Part shown: one piece after another, positions 1-10,549 of the stretch | Numbering within the stretch: position 1 is the stretch's first letter | Layout: the number at the start of each line of letters is the position of its first letter | Assembly: GCA_963719315.1 (NCBI GenBank) | Contig: CAVRBU010000003.1 | Coordinates: forward strand, 352,001-416,000 | Source of the DNA: an uncultured Planctomycetota bacterium | Lineage (GTDB): Bacteria; Planctomycetota; Planctomycetia; Pirellulales; Lacipirellulaceae | Direction: 5' to 3' | Length of the DNA stretch: 64,000 bases | Position numbers and translations under genes: made by a program | The notes under the pieces: generated by a model | Database searches by the model: none | Told to the model about the DNA's origin: nothing | The model's input: only the letters and a program-made list of their open reading frames with translations

Positions 1-58
1 AATCGGCTGCCGGCCAAGCCGACCTGAAGTAGGTCTTCTGTTTGGCGATGAAACCGTA

Positions 59-1168
59 TCAGGACGCCTCGCGAATCGCATCCGAGCCTGCGCTGGGCTG
101 CGCTTTAAGCAGCGGCAAACGCACGACGAATTCGCTGCCCCGGTCCGGTCCATCGCTGATAGCCGCGATGGTTCCGCCATGCAGCTCGACGAGCGTGCGG
201 ACAAGCGCCAATCCCACGCCGAGGCCGGAACCAGAGGTTTCCAACGACCGTTCGACCTGGGTGTGCAGGTCAAAGATTCGGCTGAGCAGTTCCTTCGGGA
301 TGCCCTGCCCATCGTCGCGGATTCGGAATACGGCGTAATCATTTTCGGACGAGACGTGCAGCTCGATTTTTCCACCGCGGGAAGTGTAACGGGCCGCGTT
401 TCGCAGCAGATTGGTCAGCACTTGCTGCAAGCGGAGCGGATCGCCCCACAGGATCAAGTTTTCGGCCGGCCGCTCGACGATCAATTCATGATCGCGTTCC
501 TCAATCAAGCGTCGTACTTTAGGAAGCGCCTCGTCGACGATGGTCTCCACGCCAATCGGCTCGAATTCCAAGCGGAATTTTCCGCGCGAAACCCGCGAGA
601 TATCCACTAGGTCATCGATCATCTGGTCGAGCTGCTGCACCTGGCGATCGATGACGACGGATCGCTGTGGGTCGAATTGCGCGCCGCCGCGTTGTTCGGC
701 CACGTTCGTGTAATGAATGATAGCCAGCGGATTACGCAGTTCGTGCGCGAGGATTGCCAGGAAGTCGTCCTTCTGCTGCTCTGCGGCACGGGCCCGGGCC
801 ATCGACTTCAACGAAATCTCGCACAGTACGCCGATCAGCAAACTCACGGAGAGAAAGATAACCAGGGCACACAATTGCTCCGCATTATCGATCATCCAAT
901 GACCGCGAGGATCGGAGAATAGATAGTTGGCCAGGATGCCGCTTAGAATAGCCGTGATCATGGCCGGGCGAATTCCGCCCGACCAGGCAGCCACCGAAAC
1001 GGCCAGGAAATAGATCGAGAAGATCATGTGCTCGCCAAGCACGGGATCGAGGGCGAAGCGGATCGCCGTGGCCAAACCCACTCCCAGAAGGGCGGCGGCG
1101 TAAACGACGAGGTTCCGTCGGGGAAGTTTCATGGGCGCTTTTTCGTGCCCCGGCGAATTGGTGCTCAC
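59..1168 (-). CDS. Membrane sensor histidine kinase (DUF4118-like TM sensor, HisKA, HATPase_c)
   Basis: Four hydrophobic N-terminal segments; H-box LAHELRNPL, N-box NLLRNAARY, G-boxes DDGQGI and GLGVGL. Confidence 0.9.
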   Translation of the reverse strand: MSTNSPGHEKAPMKLPRRNLVVYAAALLGVGLATAIRFALDPVLGEHMIFSIYFLAVSVAAWSGGIRPAMITAILSGILANYLFSDPRGHWMIDNAEQLCALVIFLSVSLLIGVLCEISLKSMARARAAEQQKDDFLAILAHELRNPLAIIHYTNVAEQRGGAQFDPQRSVVIDRQVQQLDQMIDDLVDISRVSRGKFRLEFEPIGVETIVDEALPKVRRLIEERDHELIVERPAENLILWGDPLRLQQVLTNLLRNAARYTSRGGKIELHVSSENDYAVFRIRDDGQGIPKELLSRIFDLHTQVERSLETSGSGLGVGLALVRTLVELHGGTIAAISDGPDRGSEFVVRLPLLKAQPSAGSDAIREAS

Positions 1169-2298
1169 ACCTTCGCAAGTTCGGAGCGGGTAGCGGCCGG
1201 TTGCTCCAGTGGCAGCGAGACGATGAATTCGCTGCCGCGGTTTTTGCCGCCGCTGGTGGCCCTCAACGAGCCGCCGTGCATTTCAGCAATTTTGCGAGCG
1301 AGCGCCAACCCTATGCCCAGGCCGCCTTCCCCGCGATCGAGGGCCGTATCGGCCTGGAAGAACATCTCGAACACGCGGGGCAGCATTTCCGGGCCGATTC
1401 CGATGCCGTTGTCGCGAACCTCTAGAAGGACGGAGTCTCCCGCGGCCTCGGCGCGAACTTCGATATTGCCGCCATCGGGCGTGTACTTGGCCGCGTTGGC
1501 CAGCAGATTCCCCAAGAGCTGTTCCATGCGAACCGGATCGACGAAAAGCGCAATCGGCCGTGGCGGTATCTGAACCTTGAGCACATGCTTGTGCTTTTCG
1601 ATGAGTGGCCGCGCCCGTTCAACGGCCCCCGCCACGATCGCAGACAGTTCGACATGCTTCCGGTTCAACTTGATTTTCCCGCGAGCCACGCGCGATACGT
1701 CCAGCAGCTCTTCGATCATCAAATTGAGATGGTGCACTTGCCGATCGATGACATCCAATTGGTCGCTCGGTTGCTCACTCCCAGCGAGACGATTCAACGT
1801 GTTCGCATAATAAATCACGGAAAGGGGGCTGCGCATTTCATGAGCCACGGCGGCCATGAAATTATCCTTTTCCCGCTCGGCCTGCTTCGTGCGGATCATG
1901 GCCCGCAATGAAATCTCCGACAAGGCTCCGATGATCAAGCTGACCACGACGAAGAAAGACAGGTCGAGAAATTCCTCGACGCTGCTGATTTCCAACGACT
2001 GGTAAGGGTCGGTGAATAGGTAATTGCCGATTAGCGCGCTGAGAACTGCCGTCGCTGCTGCCGGCCACATGCCACCTGTCCAAGCGGCTACGAAGACAGC
2101 CAGGAAGTCGAAACTGAAGCTCAGATGCTCACCGAGGACCGGGTGAAATAAGTATCGCAACAGCGTCGCCACGATGACGCCGACGAAACCGACTAAGTAC
2201 GGCGTAATGCCGCGGGAACGGAAAGGCGCGAGCATGAGGGGCTCCTTTTCTTCCTCGCTGACTACCTCGGTCCAGCGAGGCTGCTTGGTAAGCGTCAC
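1165..2298 (-). CDS. Membrane sensor histidine kinase, paralog of the adjacent kinase
   Basis: H-box VAHEMRSPL, NLLANAAKY, DNGIGI, GLGIGL; 4-nt overlap with the next kinase gene. Confidence 0.9.
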   Translation of the reverse strand: MTLTKQPRWTEVVSEEEKEPLMLAPFRSRGITPYLVGFVGVIVATLLRYLFHPVLGEHLSFSFDFLAVFVAAWTGGMWPAAATAVLSALIGNYLFTDPYQSLEISSVEEFLDLSFFVVVSLIIGALSEISLRAMIRTKQAEREKDNFMAAVAHEMRSPLSVIYYANTLNRLAGSEQPSDQLDVIDRQVHHLNLMIEELLDVSRVARGKIKLNRKHVELSAIVAGAVERARPLIEKHKHVLKVQIPPRPIALFVDPVRMEQLLGNLLANAAKYTPDGGNIEVRAEAAGDSVLLEVRDNGIGIGPEMLPRVFEMFFQADTALDRGEGGLGIGLALARKIAEMHGGSLRATSGGKNRGSEFIVSLPLEQPAATRSELAKV

Positions 2299-2381
2299 CT
2301 GTTTTCTACGCTAAAAGGGCGATTGGGGGATGGCCAATACTGCCCAAAATATTCCAAAAGATTCGGCCGAAGCTGCTAAAT

Positions 2382-2463
2382 GGGGTGGCTGGGGTGGAGT
2401 CCGCCGCGGCGGACAACCCCCCAGCGCCATTGGGGGCTCGCTGCGCTCGACCCCAGGCACCCG
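2382..2463. repeat. REP-like palindrome (GGGTGGCTGGGG...CCCCAGGCACCC)
   Basis: Inverted arms; the right half recurs nearly identically at 28251-28283. Confidence 0.7.
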
Positions 2464-2520
2464 CATTACTGGGGAGGGATCGATTGCGGCTCGATTTCAG
2501 CCACCCAAATCTGGGGGGAT

Positions 2521-3798
2521 TTAACGGGGGATCGATTCAGCCGCGATCAGGTCATCCAGCGTTTGCCGGCGGCGCACCAGGTTGGCCCGGCCGTTCTCGA
2601 TGAGCACTTCGGCCACGAGCGGCTTGGAGTTGTAGTTGCTGGCCATGGCGTAGCCGTAGGCCCCGGTGCAGCCGATGATCAGGAAATCACCCACTTTGGC
2701 CGCGGGCAGGGGCCGGCTGGTGACGAACCCGCCCTCCTCTTGCGTAAAAATATCGCCCGATTCGCATAGCGGCCCACCGACGACGACGTTCTTCGTCGGC
2801 CGCGGTGCGGTGGAGCCGTCCGCCGGGCAGATCGCCATGGGGTGGTACGCGCCGTACAAAATCGGCCGGGCCAAGTTGTTGAAGCCCGCGTCGAGCAAAT
2901 AGAACGTGTTGTCGCCCGCCGTTTTGATCGCCCGAATCTCGCTGATGAGATATCCGCTCTCGGCCACCAGGAACCGGCCCGGCTCGATCTCCAGCGTAAT
3001 TTCGTGGCCGAATTGGTTCGCCAACTCGTGCCGCGCGGCGTCCCACAGTTTGAAGTAAGCGGCCAGGTCCACGTACTCCTGCCCTTCGCGATAGGGCACC
3101 GGCAGGCCGCCGCCGGCGCTGATCGACTGGATTGATGAACCGATGATGAGTGCAGCCCTCTGCATCGCTCCGCATACTTCGCTCAAGTGCGCCAGATCGG
3201 TTCCGGAACCGATGTGCATGTGAAGCCCGATGATCGACAGGTTCCACTTTTCGGCGCGTTCGATGCACTCTTCGAGTTGTTCGTGCCAAATACCGTGCTT
3301 CGACTGGGCGCCGCCGGTGTTCACCTTCTGACTGTGGCCGTGACCGAAGCCCGGGTTGATTCGCAGCGTGATGCCGCGGCCCGGCATCCGTTCGCCGTAT
3401 TGGTCGATCATATCGGGCGAACCGCAGTTCACATGGATATCATGCTTGACGATCATCTCGAGCGCCTCACTGTCGAAGATGTCGGCCGTGTACACGATCT
3501 CCGTCGGGTGCGTGGATTGGCCCGGCTTGAATCCGGCCGCGATTGCGCGGTGCACTTCGCCGGCGCTCACCGCATCGACCAGGACGCCATGGCGGCGCAC
3601 GAGGTCAAGAATGGCCAAGTTCGAGCAAGCCTTTTGGGCGAACCGGGCGACGTCGAACTCAGCCAGGTCGGCAATTCGCTGGCAGATGGTCGCCGCGTCG
3701 TACACGTAGGCGGGCGTGCCGAACTGTCGCGCCAATTGGGGAACAGGTTGCCCGGCAATTTCGCTGAGGAGTCCGGTATTCAACATCGTGGCCGTCAT
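2521..3798 (-). CDS. lysA: Diaminopimelate decarboxylase
   Basis: PLP lysine motif FAQKACSN, HMHIGS, EPGRFLVA, GPLCESGD, GAYGYAMASNYN. Confidence 0.95.
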   Translation of the reverse strand: MTATMLNTGLLSEIAGQPVPQLARQFGTPAYVYDAATICQRIADLAEFDVARFAQKACSNLAILDLVRRHGVLVDAVSAGEVHRAIAAGFKPGQSTHPTEIVYTADIFDSEALEMIVKHDIHVNCGSPDMIDQYGERMPGRGITLRINPGFGHGHSQKVNTGGAQSKHGIWHEQLEECIERAEKWNLSIIGLHMHIGSGTDLAHLSEVCGAMQRAALIIGSSIQSISAGGGLPVPYREGQEYVDLAAYFKLWDAARHELANQFGHEITLEIEPGRFLVAESGYLISEIRAIKTAGDNTFYLLDAGFNNLARPILYGAYHPMAICPADGSTAPRPTKNVVVGGPLCESGDIFTQEEGGFVTSRPLPAAKVGDFLIIGCTGAYGYAMASNYNSKPLVAEVLIENGRANLVRRRQTLDDLIAAESIPR

Positions 3799-3974
3799 GT
3801 TTTGCTCACTAGCGGGTTACTCCGGTCAACTTGGCCGGGCTAGGTCCACGCAACAAAGTGCCGCGTTGAAGGGCGGCCGGATGCGTAGAATTGATTGAAG
3901 AGTCCGTTATCGCAGGTCGGGTTCGCATTGTAAAAGGGCGGCCCGGCCGCGAGCATTGAAGAAAGGGTTTTACA

Positions 3975-4178
3975 ATGAACTCCGCATCCAATGGTTTGCG
4001 CGTCGCGTGCGCGGTTTTCGGCCTCGTGTGCCTGCTACAATTGGCCCGGCTGCTGGCAGGCGCCGAAGTCACGGTGGACGGCCACATGGTGCCGCTGTGG
4101 GCCAGCGGCGTGGCGTGCCTCATCGCGGGAGCGCTCAGCGCCTGGATGGGCAGGCTATCTTACCGTGGCACGAAATAA
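3975..4178 (+). CDS. Small two-TM membrane protein
   Basis: 67-aa ORF with two hydrophobic helices and a purine-rich RBS-like sequence upstream. Confidence 0.6.
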   Translation: MNSASNGLRVACAVFGLVCLLQLARLLAGAEVTVDGHMVPLWASGVACLIAGALSAWMGRLSYRGTK

Positions 4179-4246
4179 CGGAGTCGACTAAGATACGCCG
4201 CGCCATCCGAACCGTCGATCACCGTCCCTAGAGAAGGAGCTCTTCG

Positions 4247-4396
4247 ATGAAACTCGCGTCCAACACGGGCATGCTGGTGCTCGGCATTTGGCTCGTAGCG
4301 TTCGGCGCCGCGCCGTTGTTGCATATCGCGATACCAAGAGAAATTCTGGACGTCCTCGCGATCGCTGCCGGCGTTCTGATCTTGATGAACAAATGA
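4247..4396 (+). CDS. Small hydrophobic membrane protein (49 aa, not in the ORF track)
   Basis: GAAGGAG RBS, then MKLASNTGMLVLGIWLVAFGAAPLLHIAIPREILDVLAIAAGVLILMNK*. Confidence 0.65.
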   Translation: MKLASNTGMLVLGIWLVAFGAAPLLHIAIPREILDVLAIAAGVLILMNK

Positions 4397-4451
4397 GTGT
4401 AGTCGCTCGCTCCGCGAGCGGAATTCGGCTCGCGGAGCGAGCCGTCTACAC
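4397..4451. repeat. GTAG-type REP-like hairpin between convergent genes
   Basis: GTGTAG-tCGCTCGCTCCGCGAGC...GCTCGCGGAGCGAGC-cgt-CTACAC inverted repeat. Confidence 0.7.
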
Positions 4452-4452
4452 C

Positions 4453-6210
4453 TTACTCATTCGCTTGCATCCGTTGTTGCTGCGCTGCCATGGCGGCCTG
4501 GCCGATTGCTTTCAGGACGCCTTCTTCCGCTTCGATGTGGTACTTCAAACCGTTGGGCACCATTTCGCCGGCGACTCGAATGTGGTCGCGACCCTGGCCT
4601 TCTTTGTGAAGATACTCAAGGATCTTTTGCGAGATGGCTTTCGCCTTCGCATCGTCGCCCGCTTGAGCCGCGGCGACTTCAACGATCGGCGTGAGCGATA
4701 TCGACAAGTTAAACGGCGGAACCGACTTCCCCTTGCTCGCGGCCGAGTCGTCGATCGCCTTCGTCACGGCTTCCAGATTGTTCTTGCCCACGGCCAGGTA
4801 CGCCGTCTCCGGGCCGAGGCCGATCGCCACGTCCATCTTTTCGCCCAGCATTTGCCGCGGGGCCTTTTCGGTTTCCGGCACGGGAATCGTAATCGTATGG
4901 AAGGCTACGCCGGCATGGTTCGCGGCATTCCATTTGATGCCGGGGAAATTGGGGTCCTTCTTGGCCGCCGCTTCGAGCTTCTTGAAGCCGCTTTCGACTT
5001 TGGCGGTGTCTTTGACGTGCACGCCGGACACAAACGTGAGCGAGTCGGCGCCTGCGTGGAGCGCGGCGCCGCCGTCGATCTGGCCCGTCTTGAGGGTCTC
5101 GGCAACGGCATCGAACCAATCGCTGAATGCGGCTTTGAGTGCGTCGCGGGTATCCTCATCATCAACCTTTTTGTCGATCTCGGCGTTCACCTGGTCCTTG
5201 GTGGAATTCAAGGTCGCATCCATCTGGGCCATGTCTTCGGCCAGCAATTTGGGATCGGCTTGCGTGGCGATCGTCACCGTCGCGGCGGCTTCCGGCTGAA
5301 AGAAGCCGGCGAAATTAGTTTTCGGCTGGCCGTAGGCAGTCATCTGCTTGGCCATTTTGCTGCCTGGCACGAACACGTACGTGAAATCTGCGAACGTGCG
5401 TTGCTGCTTGGCATCGACCGCCCAGCCGATCTTTACGTTGTCGATCTCGTTGATCGCCTGTTTCGCCTGCGCCATCTGCGCTTCGGCCAGCTTCTGGCGC
5501 TGGGCGTATTGCTCATCGCTCTCGCTGTCTTTTTTCTTCAATCCCTGCTGCATGCCCGCCTCCATCGCCTGCAGCGCGAATTGGCGATATATCTCCGGCA
5601 CGTTTCGCACCGAGATGTGGGCCGCGATGTCATAACCGCCTACCAGCTTCGCCAGGATTTCTTGAGCGTTGGTTGGTACTCGCGCGAGCGAAGCCGCCGA
5701 CATGCTGATGAAGGCCATGCCGTTATCTTGCTTCACGAAGATGGACCGCTTGTTCGGCAGCACGATCTCCTGCACACCACCCTCGGCCTCTTTGACCTCG
5801 GCCCCATAACCCTTGGCCACATCCAGCAAGTCATTTGGCTTGAGGACCGGCAGGCAACCGACGGGCAGAAACTGTGCGCCGTCGGTTTGCACGATCACGC
5901 CCCAGGGCTTTTGCTTGTCGATTGCGTTGGGGCCTTTGCCTTGCGTGAAAAACGAAAAGCCGCCTTCGAGCATTTGGCCGGCTTCCGGCTTCCCGCCCAG
6001 TGAGCCGAGGTATGTGACATCCTCGATCAGCTTTTCCCATTTCGCGCCGGCAAGGACGGCGACGTTCTTCAGTTCGCCACTGGCCGCCGGAACTGCGGGC
6101 TCGTCGCTCGAACTAGTTTGTGCAAAAAGTGATGGCCTCGCATTAACAACGAGCACGGCCGCCAAAACGAATACAAGCCACGAGCAACGACGACAGAATC
6201 CAGTGTTCAC
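4453..6210 (-). CDS. Secreted or periplasmic hypothetical protein
   Basis: Long ORF with coding-like composition; GTG start with GGAGG RBS and a signal-peptide-like N-terminus. Confidence 0.75.
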   Translation of the reverse strand: MNTGFCRRCSWLVFVLAAVLVVNARPSLFAQTSSSDEPAVPAASGELKNVAVLAGAKWEKLIEDVTYLGSLGGKPEAGQMLEGGFSFFTQGKGPNAIDKQKPWGVIVQTDGAQFLPVGCLPVLKPNDLLDVAKGYGAEVKEAEGGVQEIVLPNKRSIFVKQDNGMAFISMSAASLARVPTNAQEILAKLVGGYDIAAHISVRNVPEIYRQFALQAMEAGMQQGLKKKDSESDEQYAQRQKLAEAQMAQAKQAINEIDNVKIGWAVDAKQQRTFADFTYVFVPGSKMAKQMTAYGQPKTNFAGFFQPEAAATVTIATQADPKLLAEDMAQMDATLNSTKDQVNAEIDKKVDDEDTRDALKAAFSDWFDAVAETLKTGQIDGGAALHAGADSLTFVSGVHVKDTAKVESGFKKLEAAAKKDPNFPGIKWNAANHAGVAFHTITIPVPETEKAPRQMLGEKMDVAIGLGPETAYLAVGKNNLEAVTKAIDDSAASKGKSVPPFNLSISLTPIVEVAAAQAGDDAKAKAISQKILEYLHKEGQGRDHIRVAGEMVPNGLKYHIEAEEGVLKAIGQAAMAAQQQRMQANE

Positions 6211-6299
6211 GATTTCCTCCGGTCGAGGTGGGGTGAGATTTGCAAAGGGGGATTGGGCGGAACGGAATCGCAACTAAATGCTTCACACAAAATGAATCA

Positions 6300-6380
6300 A
6301 ACCGCCAAGTACGCCAAGGTCGCCAAGAATACACAATGCTGCTCTCTGCCTTTCTTGGCGTCCTTGGCCGCTTGGCGGTT
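6300..6380. repeat. Inverted repeat built from 9-bp CGCCAAG-containing units
   Basis: aaccgccaagtacgccaaggtcgccaag ... cttggcgtccttggccgcttggcggtt. Confidence 0.7.
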
Positions 6381-6674
6381 CAAATTGTTAGAATCTGTAA
6401 GCATGTACCGTTTCGTTGCGGTTGCGCGGGTTCGATTTTCCCGCCGCCGACAGGTCTCCAAGTATACAAGACGAAACCTATGCCTGTGTTCGAGAAAGTA
6501 GCGATTTTCTTGCCTCAAGGGGGCAAAAACTTGGAGCCCAGAACACAACGAACCAAAAAACTCCCCTTAGCGGCTGCCCCCAGGCAGCTGCGATCAGAAC
6601 CAGGCCGCCCCGCCAAGGCGCTCCAAACGCCCGTGAAAAAGAAGTCCTACGACTCCTGTTATGAAATGGAACGC

Positions 6675-6899
6675 TTAGCGTTCCCGGTAGACAATGCGAC
6701 CTTTCGTCAGGTCGTAGGGCGAAAGCTCAACCCGTACCCGGTCGCCCGGCACGATCCGAATAAAGTGCTTGCGCATGCGTCCGGCGACGTGGGCCATGAC
6801 GATGTGTCCACCTTCGATTTCAACGCGGAAGCGCGTATTGGCCAGGGCCTGGGTCACGGTGCCCTCAACCTCCAGCGCTTCTTCCTTCTGTTTTGTCAT
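6675..6899 (-). CDS. infA: Translation initiation factor IF-1
   Basis: [17 protein letters not shown]...[33 protein letters not shown]. Confidence 0.97.
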   Translation of the reverse strand: MTKQKEEALEVEGTVTQALANTRFRVEIEGGHIVMAHVAGRMRKHFIRIVPGDRVRVELSPYDLTKGRIVYRER

Positions 6900-7230
6900 A
6901 CAAATTCCAACCGAAAGACATTTGCCCCCACCAGCGGTATCTAGCGGCGATCAACAAAAACGTCGCCCTCAATACCGCCTTAATCCTATAATCCTAGCAT
7001 CACCTCCGCGACCGGGTCTAGCGTGAATGCCAGATTCCGGGCATTTCTGCGGGCGGCCTTGCCAGCGGTAGACCTCAGCGGTTGTAGCGATAAAGCGGGC
7101 CGCTTATTCGTCCCAGCATCCTTTTCAACTCGCCGAATTATCCGGCGAACTCGACGACAGGTATCTGTCGGTTATCTCCTTTACGGTACAGTTAATTGTT
7201 AACGGCCCCCCGATCGGTATTCGGGCCCCA

Positions 7231-9360
7231 ATGTCGGCTTTCACCCCCGGACTCCGCAGCGTGAGCACTTCCGAATACTCTTCTCAGGTTTCGAGCAGCG
7301 AACGCTCCGGTTCCGTGGATGCGGAACAGGTCGAGCGCGCCAAGCGCGAAATCCAGGGGCTGGTGCAAGAGATCGCCGAGCTCTCGCGAACCGAAATCTC
7401 GCCCGCCGATTTCTACAACGCCATGTTGAACAAGGTCGTCTCGGCTCTCGCGGCGCCGGGCGGCGCGGTCTGGACGGCCTCTGAAGTGGGTGGCCTGCAA
7501 TTGGCTTACCAGATCAACCTGCAGCAAACCGGGCTCATCGAAAACGAGGTCGGCCAACATCAGCACGGCCGGCTGCTGCGACAAGTTTTGCTGGGTACTG
7601 ATGGTGCATTGATAGCTCCCCACTCCGGCGCCGGCGAAACGACCGACAGCGACGAACAGGCGGCCGCCAACCCGACCGACTTCCTGCTAGTCCTCGCGCC
7701 GATGCGGAACGATCAGGGGCCGCAGGGAGTGGTCGAAATTTTTCAGCGCCCTGGAGCGCGGATCACAACGCAGCGGGGTTACCTGCGCTTCCTGCTGCAG
7801 GTGTGCGAATTCGCCGGCGACTTCTTGAAGGCGGGCCGACTCCGCCATCTCTCCGAAAAACAAACGCTGTGGGAACAACTGGAGACTTTCACCCGCTCAG
7901 CCCACGAGAAACTCGATGTCCGCGAGACAGCTTATACGATCGTGAATGAAGGCCGTCGGCTCATTGGCTGCGACCGCGTGAGCGTCGCCATCCGCCGCGG
8001 CGGGCGCTGCCCGATCGAAGCCGTCAGCGGACAAGATACTTTTGACAAGCGTTCCAATGTGACCGTCATGCTAGGCAGGCTGGCGGCCGCGGTGGTGAAG
8101 ACGGGCGAAGACGTGTGGTTCACCGGAGATACGTCGGACTTAGCCCCGCAAGTCGAGGAGGCGCTGGATGCTTACGTCGACGAATCGCACACGAAGGCGA
8201 TCGCAATCCTGCCGCTGCTCGAGCCGCGCGATGATGAAGCGCTGCTTACCGAGGGCGAAAAGCCGGAACCGGCCCACGTCATCGGAGCGCTGATCGTCGA
8301 GCAAATGGCCGATAGCCGCACTCCGGATGGCTTTCTGCAGCGAGTCGAGGTGGTGCGCACGCACAGCGCGACGGCGCTCACCAATGCTTTGGAATACGAA
8401 GGCTTGTTCCTGATGCCGCTGTGGCGGTTGTTGGGAAAGGGCACCAAGCTGTTCCGCGGCCGCACGCTGCCGAAGACCCTTGCGGCGATCGCGGGTGCGA
8501 TTGCACTTGTTGGCTTCCTCTGCTTCTTTCCAAAGGAATTCAAGCTCGAAGGCGACGGCAAGCTGAAACCGAAGATCCACAATTATTTGTATGCCGAAGT
8601 CGATGGCGAGGTGCAGCAGGTGCTCGTCGAGCACAACGATCTGGTCAAGAAGGGCCAGGTACTAATCGTGCAGCGGAGCCTGGAACTGGAAAAGGAAATA
8701 GTTTCCAAAAACGGCGACCTGCGTAAGGACGAAGAAAAATTAAAGGGCACCCGCCGCGAGCTAGACGACAACGACGAGTTGACCACCGTGGAACGCAGTC
8801 AAAAGCAGCAAGAAGTCTCGCAATTGACGCAATCGGTGAAGAGCCTGCAAAAGCAGCTCGATTTGCTCAAGGTCAAACAAGAGAAGCTGCAGATCCGGAG
8901 CCCGATCGAGGGCCGGGTTGTCACTTGGAACGTGCGCGATCGGCTGCTCGATCGGCCCGTCAATCGCGGCGAGAACTTGCTCGAGGTGGCCGACCCCGAC
9001 AAGGATTGGGAGCTCGAGGTGCAGATGCCTGAGAAGCGGATGGGCCATCTGGCCAAAGCGGCCTCGCTCGCCCAAGGCAAGCTTCCCGTAACGTTTTTCC
9101 TGGCGACCAATCCAGCGCAACAGTTTCAAGGCAAAGTCGAAGAAGTGGAACGCAGCGCCGAGGTCCGCGGCGAAGACGGGAACACCGTGTTGATCCGCGT
9201 CTCGTTCGACCAGAAGGAACTGCGCGACGCCATCGCCGACCCAAAAATCGGCGCGAGCGCGACGGCCAAGGTCGAGTGCGGCAAACGCGCGATCGGCTAT
9301 GTATGGTTCCACGATTTAGTTGATTTCATTCGCGCCAAGATTTTGTTCCGCATTTTTTGA
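7231..9360 (+). CDS. GAF-domain HlyD-family periplasmic adaptor (membrane fusion) protein
   Basis: N-terminal GAF-like regions, a TM helix, lipoyl half-motifs (AEVDGEVQQVLV..VKKGQVL; IRSPIEGRV) around a coiled coil. Confidence 0.8.
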   Translation: MSAFTPGLRSVSTSEYSSQVSSSERSGSVDAEQVERAKREIQGLVQEIAELSRTEISPADFYNAMLNKVVSALAAPGGAVWTASEVGGLQLAYQINLQQTGLIENEVGQHQHGRLLRQVLLGTDGALIAPHSGAGETTDSDEQAAANPTDFLLVLAPMRNDQGPQGVVEIFQRPGARITTQRGYLRFLLQVCEFAGDFLKAGRLRHLSEKQTLWEQLETFTRSAHEKLDVRETAYTIVNEGRRLIGCDRVSVAIRRGGRCPIEAVSGQDTFDKRSNVTVMLGRLAAAVVKTGEDVWFTGDTSDLAPQVEEALDAYVDESHTKAIAILPLLEPRDDEALLTEGEKPEPAHVIGALIVEQMADSRTPDGFLQRVEVVRTHSATALTNALEYEGLFLMPLWRLLGKGTKLFRGRTLPKTLAAIAGAIALVGFLCFFPKEFKLEGDGKLKPKIHNYLYAEVDGEVQQVLVEHNDLVKKGQVLIVQRSLELEKEIVSKNGDLRKDEEKLKGTRRELDDNDELTTVERSQKQQEVSQLTQSVKSLQKQLDLLKVKQEKLQIRSPIEGRVVTWNVRDRLLDRPVNRGENLLEVADPDKDWELEVQMPEKRMGHLAKAASLAQGKLPVTFFLATNPAQQFQGKVEEVERSAEVRGEDGNTVLIRVSFDQKELRDAIADPKIGASATAKVECGKRAIGYVWFHDLVDFIRAKILFRIF

Positions 9361-9375
9361 CGCACATGTATTTTG

Positions 9376-9441
9376 GGAACACTGATCTACGCTAATCATC
9401 GCTAATCGGAGTTAGTGGAGATTAGCGATGATTAGTGTTCC
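9376..9441. repeat. Inverted repeat with GCTAATC/GATTAGC units
   Basis: ggaacactgatctacgctaatcatcgctaatc ... gattagcgatgattagtgttcc. Confidence 0.7.
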
Positions 9442-9501
9442 GGCTAACACAAACCATTCGCAGTTATTGCTGTCGTGGACAAGCATGACGGAGTTAAACC
9501 A

Positions 9502-10436
9502 ATGAATAAATACTTGCCCATTACCGTTGCCCTGTTTTTTGCATTCGTTGCGCAAGTTGCGCCGACCAGGATTCGGCACAGCCGAGCGACCCCATCATTG
9601 CGGGGCTTGTAAAGGTATCGCAGGAAAACAAGCTGCCCTCCAAAGAGGCGGGTGTGTTAGTTGAATTGACCGTACGAGAGGGCGCTGCGGTCCACGCTGG
9701 CCAGGTGATCGGCAAGATCGACGACAGTGAACCGGTGATGAAGAAGAAGGCCGCCGGCGCTGCGTATGCCGGCGCCTACAATCGCTGGAAAGATGACGTC
9801 GAAATCCGGTTTTCCAAGGCCCAGGCAGACGTTGACCATGCGGATTACGAGCAAATGGTCGAAAGCAACAAGATCGCCCAGAAATCGATTACCGAAACAG
9901 AAGTCCGCGGCCAAAAGCTGAAATGGGACCGATCCTTGCTCGCGATTGAGAAAGCCAGTCACGATCAAATCCTTGCGAAATTCGAAGCGTACACCAAGCA
10001 AGCGGAGCTGGATGCGGCCGAACTGGAAATCCAACGCTGCCTGGTCATCGCGCCGTTTGACGGCGTCGTCGAAGAAATCAAACGCCACCAGGATGAATGG
10101 GTGCAGCCCGGCGAAACGATCCTCACGCTGTTGCGGATGGATACGTTGCACGTCGAAGGCGCCATCGAGCAAAGCAAGTACGATCCACACGAAATACAAG
10201 GCTGCGAGGTGACGGTCGACGTCGAAATGGCCCGCGGCCGCAAGGCCACTTTCCATGGCCGCATCATCAAGGTCAGCTCGATCGTGCGGTCGGACGGCGT
10301 GTACAACGTTCGCGCCGAAATCGCCAACCAACAGGATCACGGCAACTGGCTGCTCCGCGACGGCATGCCGGCCACGATGACGATTCACCTAGGCACCGGC
10401 GGAGCCGCAGCGGCAAGCGTCAGCCGCGCGAGATAG
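9502..10436 (+). CDS. HlyD-family periplasmic adaptor with signal peptide (frameshift near 9560)
   Basis: RBS and ATG at 9502 give signal-like MNKYLPITVALFFAFVAQV; the body is in another frame with lipoyl motifs (GVLVELTVREG, IAPFDGVV). Confidence 0.75.
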
Positions 10437-10444
10437 CTAATGGG

Positions 10445-10532
10445 TCGAGGGTCTAGGGTCGAGGGTTGAGGGCCAGAATAGGAACCCTTGCTCGTTTTTC
10501 TGACCCTAGACCCTCGACCCTCAACCCTCGAC
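10445..10532. repeat. Inverted heptamer tandem repeats (GTCGAGG / CCTCGAC)
   Basis: gtcgagggtctagggtcgagggttgaggg ... ccctagaccctcgaccctcaaccctcgac. Confidence 0.75.
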
Positions 10533-10549
10533 TTTCTTCGACCTTTCCC

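Noticed and set aside
4288..6003. 571-aa plus-strand ORF
   Set aside because: Antisense shadow of the minus-strand gene; Arg-rich with no motifs, as expected in high-GC DNA.
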